This document shows, piece by piece, positions 9,111 to 19,941 of a stretch of DNA of 64,000 bases. A program made the translations under genes and the position numbers. The first letter of the stretch is position 1. Every line of letters starts with the position of its first letter. The stretch is from NCBI GenBank assembly GCA_965277805.1, contig OZ255842.1, forward strand, positions 2,400,001 to 2,464,000, read 5' to 3'. The DNA is from Candidatus Lustribacter sp. (lineage in GTDB: Bacteria > Vulcanimicrobiota > Vulcanimicrobiia > Vulcanimicrobiales > Vulcanimicrobiaceae). The notes below the pieces were generated by a model. That model was not told the DNA's origin and made no database searches. It saw nothing but the letters and a program-made list of their open reading frames with translations.

Positions 9111-10245
9111 GTTGGCCAATTGTCATCCCGAGCAAAGCACCGAAGGTGCGTCGTCGAGGGACCGCCACAATCGCGGCCACCTGCAGCCCCGGGAAATACT
9201 CCAAGAGCAGCGGCTTGAGGGGCCGGTCGGGCTTGAACCCCTTGGGCGGCGGCTGCAGCGGTATGACCGAGTCGCCGCGAGCGAACGGGTCGTTTCCGGT
9301 CGGAAAAAAGAACGGCCAGGGAATGTCGTCTTCTTCGACGTGTCCGTCGGGATAGCGGTAGATGTAATGCACCCAATACTTCGTCACCGGACCGTCGGGC
9401 TCGTAGCTGTTGTAGGTCATCGCCCCCTGGCCGGGCGTCAGCGCATCGAGCAACCCCCGGAACCCACGTTTGCTGAACGTCGCCTCTGCCGGGTCGGACA
9501 GCAAAAACGCTTGCAGTTGCTGCGCCTCTGCCGGCGCGTTCTTGCGCGTGACGAGATCGAGCGGGATCTGCACGTTCAGACTCGCCGGCAGTAAATCCAG
9601 CCGCAGCGTTCCCGGCGCGACCGCCGCAATCGCCGTCGCAAACGAGCAGTACGTGAGAAATGCCGCCTTTCCGGACGCGAGCGTTGCGGCCGCCGCCGCC
9701 GCATCGAAGCCCGCGGCGCTATCGTGCGCTTTCGAACGCAGATCGATGCTCATGCCCGGCGCGAGACGCGCGAAGCCTTTGAGCACTTGATCGACGTAGG
9801 CGGTGACGTAACGCTCTTGCACCTGTTTGATCAACCCGATCTTCGGATCGGTGAGCACATCCAAGAACGGACGTCCTTGCGCGAGTGCGGTCGGCGTTAG
9901 CAAACACAGCGCCGTGCGCGCGACCACGTGAATGTCCCCGTATTTGCTCGTATCGCGGAGCTCGAACGCCGCCGGCAGGTCGAGCGTGACGAACAGATCC
10001 GGCGTATCGGGCATGAGCTTGCCCAGCAGCGCGGCGTTGGAGTCGTAGGTGACGTCGACCGCGATACCGGTCTGACGCGTGAACGCAGCGACGGCCTCAT
10101 CGAGCGGAGCCTTGACCAGCGCGTTGGCAAACAGGGAGACGTGATGCTGCGCCCCGCGCTGCTGCGCAACTGCGGGAGACGCGGCGAAAAAAGACAGCGC
10201 CGCCGCCACCGCAAGAGCTACGGCCGGCGACCAGCGCTGCTTCAT
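9082..10245 (-). CDS. ModA-like substrate-binding protein fused to an unknown C-terminal domain
   Basis: Signal peptide; AFTRQTGIAVDVTYDSNAALL, PDLFVT and AQQLQAFLLSDPAEATFSKRGF are ModA-like; extra GHVEEDDIPW domain; tail runs through a REP copy. Confidence 0.75.
   Translation of the reverse strand: MKQRWSPAVALAVAAALSFFAASPAVAQQRGAQHHVSLFANALVKAPLDEAVAAFTRQTGIAVDVTYDSNAALLGKLMPDTPDLFVTLDLPAAFELRDTSKYGDIHVVARTALCLLTPTALAQGRPFLDVLTDPKIGLIKQVQERYVTAYVDQVLKGFARLAPGMSIDLRSKAHDSAAGFDAAAAAATLASGKAAFLTYCSFATAIAAVAPGTLRLDLLPASLNVQIPLDLVTRKNAPAEAQQLQAFLLSDPAEATFSKRGFRGLLDALTPGQGAMTYNSYEPDGPVTKYWVHYIYRYPDGHVEEDDIPWPFFFPTGNDPFARGDSVIPLQPPPKGFKPDRPLKPLLLEYFPGLQVAAIVAVPRRRTFGALLGMTIGQLDPQGPPEV
9121..9170 (+). 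repeat. REP-like repeat, long form with inner hairpin
   Basis: TGTCATCCCGAGCAAA-GCACC-GAA-GGTGC-GTCGTCGAGGGACCGCCACAA. Confidence 0.8.
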
Positions 10246-10258
10246 GCTAGGGAGCGGG

Positions 10259-11461
10259 TTACGGACCAGTTTCGTTCGGGTCCTTGACGCCGACGTAGCG
10301 GTCGAACTCGTAGTTGCCGAGCACGCCGTTGCGACGTTCGACTTTGCGGAAGTAGACGTTCTGCACGATATCGCGCGTGGCGGGGTCGATCGAGATCGGT
10401 CCGCGCGGGCTCTCGAACTGCATGCCCTTGACGATATCCATCGTCTTGTCGGGATCGATGTGACCCTTCTGCGCGATCAGCACCTTGTACGCCGCGGCGA
10501 TCGCGTCGTAGGCCTGGACCGCTTCGAACGTCGGGAGCTGGTCGCTGCCGTACGCAGCCTTGAACGCCTTGACGAAGTCGCGATTCATCTTCGAGTCGTG
10601 CATCGCCGAGTAGTCGAACGTCGTCGTGATACCGAGCGCGGTGTCGCCCTCGGTCGGGAGGATCGCTTCGTCGACGAGATCGCCCGTCGCGAGAAACTTG
10701 ATCCCGGTGCGATCGAAGCCTGCCGACTTGAGCGCCTTGATGAAGTCGACGCCGCCGCCGGTCGCGTTGATGAACAGGAACATCACGTCAGGCTTCGCGT
10801 CTTTCACCTTTTGAATGTAGGCCGAGAAGTCTTTAGTGTCGACCGGCATGCGCGATTCGCCGAGCACCTTACCGCCCGCAGCGGTGAACGTTTTCTCGAA
10901 GGCCGTGCCGGCGTCGATGCCCGGACCGTAGTCCTGGAACACCGCGTACGCCGTTTTGGCGTGCTGGAAGTTGAAGGCCCACTTCGCGAACGGCACGGAA
11001 ATCTGCCCGGTCGTAAAGCCGAAGCGCGCGGTATAGGGGTTGGTCTTGAAGATGTTCGACGTCGCCGCGTTGACGATGAAGTACGGCACCTTCGCTTGAG
11101 TCGAGACTTTGCCCATTGCGATCGCGTTGGGCGTATACGATGCGCCGATCAGCAAGTCCACGTGTTCTTGCACGATCAGTTCTTGCGCGAGCCGCGCCGC
11201 CACGTCGGGGGCGATGCCCGTGTCGTCGCGCTTGATCAGCACGACCTTGCGCCCGGCGATCGTATCGCCGTGCTGCTTCATGTAGGCATCGAACGCCGCG
11301 TTCGCCATCTTCCCGAGCGTGACGTTGTCACCACCCGAGTAGGACAGCACGACGCCGATCTTGATCGGGTCTTTGGTTTGCGCGAGCGCCGGCACGGACG
11401 CCGTCACCAGGACGACGGCCAGCAACGCTAATAGGGAACGTTGAATAGAGCGAATGATCAA
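10259..11461 (-). CDS. LivJ/LivK-like (type I) ABC substrate-binding protein
   Basis: PIKIGVVLSYSG, RDDTG, DFSAYIQKVKDAKPD, FESPRGPISIDPATRD; TTG start after GAGGAG. Confidence 0.92.
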   Translation of the reverse strand: MIIRSIQRSLLALLAVVLVTASVPALAQTKDPIKIGVVLSYSGGDNVTLGKMANAAFDAYMKQHGDTIAGRKVVLIKRDDTGIAPDVAARLAQELIVQEHVDLLIGASYTPNAIAMGKVSTQAKVPYFIVNAATSNIFKTNPYTARFGFTTGQISVPFAKWAFNFQHAKTAYAVFQDYGPGIDAGTAFEKTFTAAGGKVLGESRMPVDTKDFSAYIQKVKDAKPDVMFLFINATGGGVDFIKALKSAGFDRTGIKFLATGDLVDEAILPTEGDTALGITTTFDYSAMHDSKMNRDFVKAFKAAYGSDQLPTFEAVQAYDAIAAAYKVLIAQKGHIDPDKTMDIVKGMQFESPRGPISIDPATRDIVQNVYFRKVERRNGVLGNYEFDRYVGVKDPNETGP

Positions 11462-11534
11462 AGCACGTCTCCTCGGAAAATAACTTTCAGTCGATACCGA
11501 TGAGAACGCGAACATTCCTCCGAACGTTAGCACC

Positions 11535-12194
11535 GTGACCTCGGGCTTCATCGCGACGGCTTTTGCCACGGCGTTCACGATCATCGACCCGGTCGGAATG
11601 ATTCCGCTCGCCCTGTCGGTGACCGTCGATGCGTCCCCGCAGCGCCGCGCACAGATCGTCAATCAGGCGATCCTGGTGGCGGCCGCCGTTATTCTGCTCA
11701 TGGGACTCGTCGGGAAGCCGCTGCTCGAGTCGCTCGGCATCACCCTGCCGGCGTTCACGATCGCCGGCGGCGCGTTGCTCTTCCTTATCGCCGTCGACAT
11801 GCTCTTCGGACGCAAGCCGGGCACGAAGCAGACCCCGGAAGAGGAGCGCGTGGACGCCGACAGCGCCAACCCGGCGGTCTTTCCGCTGGCCGTCCCGATG
11901 ATCGCCGGACCCGGCACGATTGCGACCGTCCTCGTCTTGGTGACGCTGGCCGGCGGCGACCGCGAAAAAGACGCGATCGTCTTTGCCGCGTTCGCCAGCG
12001 CCATGGTCGTCACGTGGATCTGCATGCGCCTATCCACCCAACTGCTCCGCGTCATCGGCACCACCGGCATCCATGTCGTCACGCGCCTCTTCGGCATCCT
12101 GCTCTCCGCCCTCGCCGTCCAATTCATCCTAAACGGCCTATCCCAAACCCCCCTCCTCCACACCGTCACTGTCACCCCGAGCGGAGTGCCGTAA
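11535..12194 (+). CDS. MarC-family membrane protein
   Basis: IIDPVGMIP, FTIAGGALLF, VFPLAVPMIAGPGTI, TRLFGILLSALAVQFI. Confidence 0.93.
   Translation: MTSGFIATAFATAFTIIDPVGMIPLALSVTVDASPQRRAQIVNQAILVAAAVILLMGLVGKPLLESLGITLPAFTIAGGALLFLIAVDMLFGRKPGTKQTPEEERVDADSANPAVFPLAVPMIAGPGTIATVLVLVTLAGGDREKDAIVFAAFASAMVVTWICMRLSTQLLRVIGTTGIHVVTRLFGILLSALAVQFILNGLSQTPLLHTVTVTPSGVP
12170..12190 (+). repeat. Truncated REP-like copy in the MarC 3' end
   Basis: TGTCACCCCGAGCGGAGTGCC, nearly identical to the start of the 50930 copy. Confidence 0.6.
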
Positions 12195-12206
12195 CCCACA
12201 TTGGGG

Positions 12207-13478
12207 CTAGGTGAAGCCGTTCCAGCAGGCGTCGTAGTCGGACTGCATCGCGGGTGTTGCGAGAGCGAATGCCGTGGGCGCAAGCACGTAGCACGTTTCA
12301 AACATGAACGCGAGGCCGTCTTTGATGTAACGCGGCTTCAGTTCGGCCGCAACGGCTTGCTCGTAGGCGGCGAGGTCGGGGCCATGCGCCGACATGCAAT
12401 TGTGCAAGCTCGCCCCGCCCGGCACGAAGCCGCCCGATTTCGCCTCGTACGCGCCGTCGATCAGGCCCATGTATTCGTTCATCACGTTGCGATGAAACCA
12501 CGGCGGCCGGAACGTGTGCTCGGCAACGGCCCAGCGCGGCGGAAAGATCACGAAGTCGAGGTTCGCCGTGCCTGGTGTCGTCGACGGAGACGTGAGCACG
12601 GTGAAGATCGACGGATCGGGATGATCGAAGCTCACGCTGTTGATCGTGTTGAAGCGCGCCAGGTCGTATTTATAGGGAACGTAGTTGCCGTGCCAAGCGA
12701 CCACGTCGAACGGCGAGCGGTCGAGTTGCGTTGACCACAGCCCGCCCATGAACTTTTGCACGATCTCGGTCGGCTCGGCGTCCTCGAACGCGGGAACCGG
12801 GGTGAGGAAGTCGCGCGCGTTCGCGAGGCCGTTCGAACCGATCGGTCCGAGTTCGGGCAGCCGCAGCAGCGCGCCGTAGTTTTCGCACACGTAGCCGCGC
12901 GCCGTTGCGTCGAGCAACTCCACCCGGAAACGCAGGCCGCGCGGAATCACCGTGATCTCGCCCGGCGCAACGGTCAGCCGGCCGAGCTCCGTCACGATCA
13001 GCAGCGCGCCTTGCTGCGGAACGAACAACAGCTCACCGTCGGAGTTGAAGAACGCGCGCCCGCGCATCGAGCGATTCGCAACGTAGATGTGGATCGCAAT
13101 CCCGGCGCGCAATCCCACGTCGCCGTTTCCGGCCATCGTGTGCAGCCCATCGATGAAGTCCTGGGGCTCTGCGGGGACCGGTAACGGGTCCCAGCGCAGC
13201 CGGTTCGGCGACGGCGCAATCTCGGCGAACGGTCCGCTGCGAATCGCTTTCGCATCGATGCGCGCGTAGGCGCGATGATCGGCCGAGGGCCGCTTGCGGT
13301 ACATCCAGGTGCGCCGGTTTTCCGCGCGCGGGGCCGTGAACGGGGTGCCGGAGATGATCTCGGCGATCAGGCCGTGCGGAACGTGCTGCGGCGAGTTTTG
13401 GCCGACGGGCAGCGCGCCGGCAACCGCTTCGCCGGCGAACTCGTTGCCGAAACCGCCGGCGTAGGTGAGCTGCTCCAC
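12207..13478 (-). CDS. hmgA: Homogentisate 1,2-dioxygenase
   Basis: [63 protein letters not shown] start at 13478. Confidence 0.97.
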   Translation of the reverse strand: MEQLTYAGGFGNEFAGEAVAGALPVGQNSPQHVPHGLIAEIISGTPFTAPRAENRRTWMYRKRPSADHRAYARIDAKAIRSGPFAEIAPSPNRLRWDPLPVPAEPQDFIDGLHTMAGNGDVGLRAGIAIHIYVANRSMRGRAFFNSDGELLFVPQQGALLIVTELGRLTVAPGEITVIPRGLRFRVELLDATARGYVCENYGALLRLPELGPIGSNGLANARDFLTPVPAFEDAEPTEIVQKFMGGLWSTQLDRSPFDVVAWHGNYVPYKYDLARFNTINSVSFDHPDPSIFTVLTSPSTTPGTANLDFVIFPPRWAVAEHTFRPPWFHRNVMNEYMGLIDGAYEAKSGGFVPGGASLHNCMSAHGPDLAAYEQAVAAELKPRYIKDGLAFMFETCYVLAPTAFALATPAMQSDYDACWNGFT

Positions 13479-13541
13479 GGCGGCCGGGTTCGCGCCGCAC
13501 GGCGGGCGGCCCCGTGCTGCGAAGCGAATCAATTCGGCCAC

Positions 13542-14237
13542 ATGTCGAGCACGATTTCCATTACCAGCAGCGACGGCCGGCCCTTCGAGGCCTACCTCGC
13601 GTTGCCGCCGTCCGGTCCCGCGCCGGCGATCGTCATCGTGCCCTCGATCTTCGGCGTCACCGACGGGTTCAAGACGTCCCTGGAGCGTTACGCGAGCAAG
13701 GGCTTCATTGTGATCGCGCCCGACGTGTTCTGGCGCACGCATCCCGGCCCGTTGACGCCGGATCGCGCGCCCGAGGGCCAAGCGCGCATGAAGGCCTACA
13801 ACCTCGATGAAGGCCTCGACGATTTGCGCTGCACGGTCGACGCGCTGAAAAGCGTCCCGCAGTGGAACGGCAAGTGGGGCATTTTCGGTTTCTGTTTCGG
13901 CGGCAAACTTGCGTACCTCGGCATCACGCGGCTCGGCGCTGATGCCGCCGCTGCATTTCACGGCGTCATGATCCACACCGTCCTCGATGAAAAAGACAAG
14001 CTCGACAAACCGTTCAGTTTTCACTACGGCCGCCAAGATCACGTGATACCGATGGAACAGGTCGAGGAGATTCAAGCCGCGCTCGCCGGCAAAAACGGCG
14101 AGATCTATGTGTACGACGACGCCGGCCACAGCTTTGCGCTGCCCGACAATCCGTCGTATCACGCGGAGACCGCGCGGCTGTCGGAAGATCGCGCGCTCGC
14201 GGTGTTCGATACGATGAAAGATGCGGCGGTTGTCTAA
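13542..14237 (+). CDS. Dienelactone hydrolase family protein
   Basis: GFCFGG nucleophile motif, D..IP, AGHSF. Confidence 0.92.
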   Translation: MSSTISITSSDGRPFEAYLALPPSGPAPAIVIVPSIFGVTDGFKTSLERYASKGFIVIAPDVFWRTHPGPLTPDRAPEGQARMKAYNLDEGLDDLRCTVDALKSVPQWNGKWGIFGFCFGGKLAYLGITRLGADAAAAFHGVMIHTVLDEKDKLDKPFSFHYGRQDHVIPMEQVEEIQAALAGKNGEIYVYDDAGHSFALPDNPSYHAETARLSEDRALAVFDTMKDAAVV

Positions 14238-16563
14238 GTTCATCGGCGCCGCGCTCCCGCGGCTCGAAGACAAGCGCCTCATCACCGGTTCCGGCCGTTA
14301 CACCGACGACGTCCGCGCGGCGGGCTCCGCGCACGCCGCCTTCATCCGTTCGCCCCACGCGCATGCGCGCATCGGCACGATCGACGCCTCGGCCGCGCTC
14401 GCGGCACCGGGTGTGATCGCGGTGCTCACCGCTGCCGACTACCTTGCCGACGGCCATCGCCCGATCGCGCACGTACCGAATCCCGCCGACGCCGTCGACT
14501 GGCAGCGCCCCGGCTTCGTGGCGCCCGAAGGCGAACCGCCGGTGGCCGACATCCCGCAGCTGCCGCTCGCGTACGACCGCGCGCGGCACGCGGGCGAAGC
14601 GGTCGCCGTGATCATCGCCGAAACCGCGGCGCAAGCGCGCGACGCGATGGAACTCGTCGAGATCGATTACGAAGCACTGCGCGCCGTGGTCAACGCGCAA
14701 GATGCGCTCGCGCCCGAGGCGCCGCTGATCTGGGAGCAAGCGCCGGGGAACCGCTGCTTCGACCTCGCGTTCGGCGACGAAGCCGCTTCCGAGGCCGCGT
14801 TTGCGAACGCGCACCTCGTCGTCGAGCGCACGTTCGACAACCACCGCATCGTCACGTGTCACATGGAGCCCCGCGCGGCGATCGCGTCGTACGATGCCGA
14901 GAGCGGTGACTATGCGATCGTCGCCGGCAGCCAAGGCGTCTTCAAGTACCGCGTCTCGATCGCGCAGGCACTGGGCGTTGACGCAGGGCACGTGCACGTC
15001 AGTTCGCCCGATGTCGGGGGCGGATTCGGCTCGCGCACGAACCTGCATCCCGAACCGCTGGTGCTGGCGTGGGCCGCCAAACGCATCGGCCGTACCGTGC
15101 GCTGGACGAGCGATCGCAGCGAATCGTTCGTCACCGACTTCCAGGGCCGCGACATCACCGACAACGTCGCGCTCGCGTTCGATGCGTGCGGGCGTCTGCT
15201 CGCGATGCGCGCGACGATGACCGGCAACATTGGCGCCTACACCGTCGGCTACGCGCCGCTGCAGAACGCCTATCGCATCGCGACCGGCGTGTACGACGTT
15301 CCGCTCGCATTCGTCCGCGCGCGCGGCGCGATCACCAATACGACGCCGACCGCGCCGTTCCGCGGAGCGGGCCGGCCCGAAGCCACCCACGCGATCGAAC
15401 GTCTGCTCGACATCGCCGCATCAGAACTCGGGCTCGACCGCGTCGAGATCCGGCGCCGCAACATCGTGCGTACGACGCAGCTGCCGTACCGTACCGCCGT
15501 CGGGCTGACGCTCGATTCCGGCGACTTCGCCGACAACATGGACCGCGCGCTCGTGCACGCGGACTGGACCGGCTTCGACGCGCGCCGTAGTGCGAGCCTC
15601 GAGCAGCGCAAACTGCGCGGCATCGGCTTCGCCAACTACGTCGAGGCGCCGGTCGGCGCGCCGCGCGAACGCCTCATCCTTAACGTGCGCAGCGAAGGCG
15701 TCGTCGAAATCGTCACCGGGACGCAATCGACCGGGCAAGGCCACGAAACGACCTTCGCGCAGGTCGCAGCCGACCTGCTCGACGTGCCGATTGAATCGAT
15801 CCGGCTCGTGCAAGGCGAATCGCGCGCGATCACGATCGGCGGCGGAACGCACTCGAACCGCTCGATGCGCATCGTCGGCACGCTGCTCGTCGAAACGTGC
15901 GGCAAGCTGCGCGAACGCGCCGGCGTGATTGCCGCCGCGCATCCCGAAGCCGCCGGCGATATGTTCGCCATCGCGGCCATCGCCGAACGCGCGGGCGAAC
16001 CCCTAACCGCCGACGCGGACTTCGCCGGACGCATTCCGGCGCACCCGACCGGCTGCGCCGTGTGCGAACTCGAGATCGATCCCGCCACGGGCGTCGTGAC
16101 GATCGAACGCTACTCGCAAGTCGACGACGTCGGTCAGGCCATCAACCCGCTGATCCTCGATGGACAAACGCACGGCGGCATCGCGATGGGGATCGGACAG
16201 ACGCTCTACGAGCAGCTCTTCTTCGACCGCGAATCGGGGCAAGTCCGCGGCGGAACGTTCATGGAATACGCGGTCCCGCGCTCGTTCCAAGTGCCGAACT
16301 ACGACGTCGAGCTGCGCGAACACCCGACGGCCGGCAATCCGCTGCGCGTCAAAGGCGGCGGCGAAGGCGGCGTGACGCCGGCACCGGCCGCGATCATCAA
16401 TGCGATCTGCGATGCGTTACGCGGTTACGGCGTCGATCACATCGAAACGCCGGCCACGCCGGAAAAGATCTGGCGCGCGATGCGCTCGAGTCATCCCGAG
16501 CTTATCGAGGGACAGCCACTATCGATGTCGATGAGTGGCGGCCCCTCGACAAGCTCGGGGTGA
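14221..16563 (+). CDS. Xanthine dehydrogenase/CoxL-like molybdopterin-binding large subunit
   Basis: [57 protein letters not shown]. Confidence 0.93.
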   Translation: MRRLSKFIGAALPRLEDKRLITGSGRYTDDVRAAGSAHAAFIRSPHAHARIGTIDASAALAAPGVIAVLTAADYLADGHRPIAHVPNPADAVDWQRPGFVAPEGEPPVADIPQLPLAYDRARHAGEAVAVIIAETAAQARDAMELVEIDYEALRAVVNAQDALAPEAPLIWEQAPGNRCFDLAFGDEAASEAAFANAHLVVERTFDNHRIVTCHMEPRAAIASYDAESGDYAIVAGSQGVFKYRVSIAQALGVDAGHVHVSSPDVGGGFGSRTNLHPEPLVLAWAAKRIGRTVRWTSDRSESFVTDFQGRDITDNVALAFDACGRLLAMRATMTGNIGAYTVGYAPLQNAYRIATGVYDVPLAFVRARGAITNTTPTAPFRGAGRPEATHAIERLLDIAASELGLDRVEIRRRNIVRTTQLPYRTAVGLTLDSGDFADNMDRALVHADWTGFDARRSASLEQRKLRGIGFANYVEAPVGAPRERLILNVRSEGVVEIVTGTQSTGQGHETTFAQVAADLLDVPIESIRLVQGESRAITIGGGTHSNRSMRIVGTLLVETCGKLRERAGVIAAAHPEAAGDMFAIAAIAERAGEPLTADADFAGRIPAHPTGCAVCELEIDPATGVVTIERYSQVDDVGQAINPLILDGQTHGGIAMGIGQTLYEQLFFDRESGQVRGGTFMEYAVPRSFQVPNYDVELREHPTAGNPLRVKGGGEGGVTPAPAAIINAICDALRGYGVDHIETPATPEKIWRAMRSSHPELIEGQPLSMSMSGGPSTSSG

Positions 16564-16564
16564 T
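16490..16564. repeat. Inverted REP doublet (REPIN-like)
   Basis: GTCATCCCGAGCTTATCGAGGGAC ... GCCCCTCGACAAGCTCGGGGTGAT(A): two copies in inverted orientation forming a long hairpin between convergent genes. Confidence 0.8.
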
Positions 16565-16572
16565 ATAAGGGA

Positions 16573-16926
16573 CTACGCGGCGAGGACGCCTTCTTCGGCG
16601 TCTTGTTTGTCGAGCGATTCTTTTTTCTCGACGAGCACCCAGGTGTTGGCCGTTTCGCGCTGTGCGTCGGAAACATGCGCTTTGGCCCAGGCGAGGATGC
16701 CTTCGTCGGTGTCGATCGTCTTCAGTGCTTCGTCGAACTGCGCCGAGGTGATGCCCCAGCGTTCGAAGACGCCGCGATCCAACGGACACGGATAGATGTA
16801 ATCGAAGATCGTGTCGTCGCGCTTGGCACGCGCTTTGTCGAACACGCGGGCGAGCCAGTAGAAGTCGCCGATTTGGTCGCGCCCACGGCGCGGGAAGTCT
16901 TTGCCGCTGCGGAAGTCAGTCGCCAT
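16573..16926 (-). CDS. DUF5069-like small protein
   Basis: PRRGRDQIGDFYWLARVFDKARA...DYIYPCPLD pattern; AGGAG before ATG 16926. Confidence 0.75.
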   Translation of the reverse strand: MATDFRSGKDFPRRGRDQIGDFYWLARVFDKARAKRDDTIFDYIYPCPLDRGVFERWGITSAQFDEALKTIDTDEGILAWAKAHVSDAQRETANTWVLVEKKESLDKQDAEEGVLAA

Positions 16927-16972
16927 TTGTTCGTCTCTCCTGTCGGTGTGCTCGTATGAACCAAAGTCCCCG

Positions 16973-17827
16973 TCAGCCGGGTTGCAGCGCCTTGGCAACC
17001 GCCCGCCGGACGAACACGTCGGCCATGGCGGCGCGGTATTCACCCGAGGCGAACGTGTCGCCGCGCGCCTCGATTCCGGCCGCGGCATCCCGGCAGGCCG
17101 CATCGAGCGCGGCGGAATCGTCCGTCCACACGCCGGCCAGCGCCGCCTCGACGCCGGGCGCCCGGAATGCTGCGTCGCCGACCCCGGTGAACGCGACCCG
17201 CGCGGCGGCGATGCGGCCGGCAGCGAGGTCGAGCTTGACCGCCGCACCGACGACCGCGTAGCCCGACGCCGGGTGGTGAAATTTTTCGTACGCCGAGTTC
17301 GGCGCGGACGCGAACGCGATCGAGGTGAGCAACTCGAGCGGATCGAGCGCCGTTTCGAACATCCCTACAAAGAACGCATCGGCATCGACGTCGCGCGTAC
17401 CGGATTCGCCGGTGAGGGTGAAGGTTGCATCGAGCGCCAGCATCACGGCCGGATAGTCGGCCGACGGATCGCCGTGCGCGCACGCGCCGCCCACCGTGCC
17501 GCGGTTGCGGACTTGCGGATCGCCCAGCTCGTTCGCAGCTTGATACAGCACGGGCGCGTGCTGCTCGAGCTCGCGGCTCGACGCGAGCGCCGCGTGCGTC
17601 GTCAGCGCGCCGAGCTCGATGCGCTTGCCGTCGTGTTTGATACCGGCCAGATCCGGAATCGCACCGATGTCGATGATCGTCCCGGGTGCCGCGAGCCGCA
17701 GCTTCATCATCGGAATCAAGCTGTGTCCGCCGGCGAGAATCTTCCCGTCGTCGCCCGCTTCTTCGAGCAGGCGCAGCGCGTCGGGAACGTCGCGCGCGCG
17801 AACGTAGTTGAAGGCAACCGGAATCAT
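16973..17827 (-). CDS. Mo-hydroxylase FAD-binding medium subunit (CoxM-like)
   Basis: [37 protein letters not shown]. Confidence 0.95.
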   Translation of the reverse strand: MIPVAFNYVRARDVPDALRLLEEAGDDGKILAGGHSLIPMMKLRLAAPGTIIDIGAIPDLAGIKHDGKRIELGALTTHAALASSRELEQHAPVLYQAANELGDPQVRNRGTVGGACAHGDPSADYPAVMLALDATFTLTGESGTRDVDADAFFVGMFETALDPLELLTSIAFASAPNSAYEKFHHPASGYAVVGAAVKLDLAAGRIAAARVAFTGVGDAAFRAPGVEAALAGVWTDDSAALDAACRDAAAGIEARGDTFASGEYRAAMADVFVRRAVAKALQPG

Positions 17828-18291
17828 TGGCCGCGCACCACGGCCGCCGCGACGGTGACCGCTTTCACGATGTTCTCATAGCCCGTGCAGCGGCAGATGT
17901 TGCCCTCGATGCCGAAGCGGATCTCTTCCTCGGTCGGGTTCGGATTGCGCTTGATCAAGTCGAGAGCGCTCATGATCATGCCGGGGGTGCAGAACCCGCA
18001 CTGCAAGCCGTGCTGCGTCCAGAACGCCTCTTGCATCGGATGCAGGTCTTCGCGCGTGCCGATGCCCTCGATCGTCGTTACCGTGCGGCCCTCGGCTTGC
18101 ACCGCGAACATCGTGCAGCTTTTCACGGAGACGCCGTCGAGCAGTACCGTGCACGCGCCGCAACTCGAGGTATCGCAGCCGACGTGGGTGCCGGTGAGTT
18201 CGAGCTCCTCGCGTAAGGCTTGCACGAGCAGGAGCCGCGGCTCGACATCGAGCGTGTGCTCGACGCCGTTAACGCGGAAGGTCACATTCAT
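17824..18291 (-). CDS. Mo-hydroxylase [2Fe-2S] small subunit (CoxS-like)
   Basis: [12 protein letters not shown]...[19 protein letters not shown]. Confidence 0.96.
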   Translation of the reverse strand: MNVTFRVNGVEHTLDVEPRLLLVQALREELELTGTHVGCDTSSCGACTVLLDGVSVKSCTMFAVQAEGRTVTTIEGIGTREDLHPMQEAFWTQHGLQCGFCTPGMIMSALDLIKRNPNPTEEEIRFGIEGNICRCTGYENIVKAVTVAAAVVRGQ

Positions 18292-18354
18292 ACCCCTCCC
18301 GTTCTCCGCACCGGCGGCGGGATCATGGGTGTGCTACGCGAAGGCGGATTTGCT

Positions 18355-19908
18355 ATGCAAACCGCGCCCCGCCCCTCGCACCACGGTGTCGACACGGAAC
18401 GCTTCCGCCTGCGTTCGTTCATCGAATCGCTGGCCGGATCCGACGAGCTCGAGATCCACGATGCGCCGATCGACTTGGTCGACGTAGCCGCCAAGGTCGA
18501 CGGCAATCCGAAAGCCGTCCTCTTCCGCAACATGGGGCCCGAAGGCGCCGAGATGGTCGCGAGCGTCACCGCCAGCCGCGAACGCCTGGCCCGCGCGTTC
18601 GGCGTTCCCCAGAGCGAGCTGCGCGCCGAGGTCTCGCGCCGGCTGCGCAACGAGCCGGTGCTGGTCGACGTGAGCCGCGAGGACGCGCCCGTTCAGCAAG
18701 TCGTGCTCACCGGCGACGACGCCGATCTCACCAAGCTGCCGGTGCATTTGCAGCACGGCTACGACGGCGCACCATTCATCTCGGCGTCGATCGACTACGC
18801 GGTCGACAAACTGACCGGCCTCACCAACGTCGGCATCCGCCGCTTGATGCTGCGCGGCCGCCGCGAAACCGGGATCGATCTGCACACGCCGAGCGATCTC
18901 AAGGCAATTTATGAAGCGAGCCTCGCGCGCGGCGAACGGCTCCCGATCAGCTTCGTCGTCGGTGCGCATCCGATCGACTACGTCGCCTCGATGATGCGCC
19001 TGCCGGGCGACGAGCTCGGACTCGTGTCCTCGCTGCGCGGCGCGCCGGTTGCGGTCGTGAAGGGCGTCACCAACGACGTGCGCGTTCCGGCCGACGCCGA
19101 ATACGTGCTCGAAGGCTACCTCGACGAACGCGGCTTCATCGAACCCGAAGGCCCGTACGGCGAATTCCTCGGCTACTACGGCGGCGTGAAGAAGAACCCG
19201 GTCTTCACCCTCACCGCGATCACGCACCGCCGTGACGCACTCTTTCAGTCGGCGAGCATCAGCGGCAAACAGCTCGCCTACACCGACACGGCCCAACTGG
19301 GCGCGCTGCGCAGCGAGGTGATCATCTGGAACGCGCTGCAGACCGCGGTGCGCGAACCGCGTCAGATCTACGCGACCGCGTCGAGCGGCGGTAACTACAA
19401 CGTGCGCATCCAGATGCGGCAGCGCGTGCCGGGCGAGGCGCAAAACGCGATCTCGGCCGTCTTCGGCTGCCTCGCCAACGTGAAGAACGTGTTCGTCGTC
19501 GATCCCGACGTCGACATCTTCTCCGACGCCGAGATGGACTGGGCGCTCGCGACGCGTTTCCAAGCCGATCGCGATCTGGTCGTCCATCAGAACATGCGCG
19601 CGTTGCCGCTCGACCCCTCGCTCGATCCGGGCAAACGGATCGGCGCCAAGGCGGGCTTCGATCTCACCGTGGCGTTCGGCCGCAGCGGCATGGAATCGCT
19701 GATTCCCGAGGTCCCGACGTACGGCACGAAACGCTTTCCCTCGCTGCGCGCCGCCCTCGAAGACGGACCCAAGCGTTTCGAAGAACTGATCGCCGCCGCC
19801 GGCAGCCGCGACGGCCGCGAGATCGTGTTGGAACTCGCGAAGTTACGCCAGGAAGTTTCCATCGGGCGCGACGCGCTCGGGCGCTACACGATCGAAAAAC
19901 CAGCGTAG
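18355..19908 (+). CDS. UbiD-family (prenyl-FMN) decarboxylase
   Basis: EPEGPYGEFLGYY (E-x-x-x-x-E), VVDPDVDIF...WALATR, LDPS; start ATG 18355 chosen. Confidence 0.92.
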   Translation: MQTAPRPSHHGVDTERFRLRSFIESLAGSDELEIHDAPIDLVDVAAKVDGNPKAVLFRNMGPEGAEMVASVTASRERLARAFGVPQSELRAEVSRRLRNEPVLVDVSREDAPVQQVVLTGDDADLTKLPVHLQHGYDGAPFISASIDYAVDKLTGLTNVGIRRLMLRGRRETGIDLHTPSDLKAIYEASLARGERLPISFVVGAHPIDYVASMMRLPGDELGLVSSLRGAPVAVVKGVTNDVRVPADAEYVLEGYLDERGFIEPEGPYGEFLGYYGGVKKNPVFTLTAITHRRDALFQSASISGKQLAYTDTAQLGALRSEVIIWNALQTAVREPRQIYATASSGGNYNVRIQMRQRVPGEAQNAISAVFGCLANVKNVFVVDPDVDIFSDAEMDWALATRFQADRDLVVHQNMRALPLDPSLDPGKRIGAKAGFDLTVAFGRSGMESLIPEVPTYGTKRFPSLRAALEDGPKRFEELIAAAGSRDGREIVLELAKLRQEVSIGRDALGRYTIEKPA

Positions 19909-19941
19909 CCTCACACCACTCGCTTAGCCGGGAGTTTTCGG

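Noticed and set aside
12207-14285. 692-aa fusion ORF containing hmgA, and similarly extended ORFs (1930, 2708, 27650, 29346, 44078, 58559)
   Set aside because: Extensions overlap real neighbouring genes and read as high-GC shadow sequence; starts were reassigned
14221-16563. Form I aerobic CO dehydrogenase (trace-gas oxidation)
   Set aside because: Active-site loop is APFRGAGR, not AYxCSFR; no coxDEFG; order is not coxMSL
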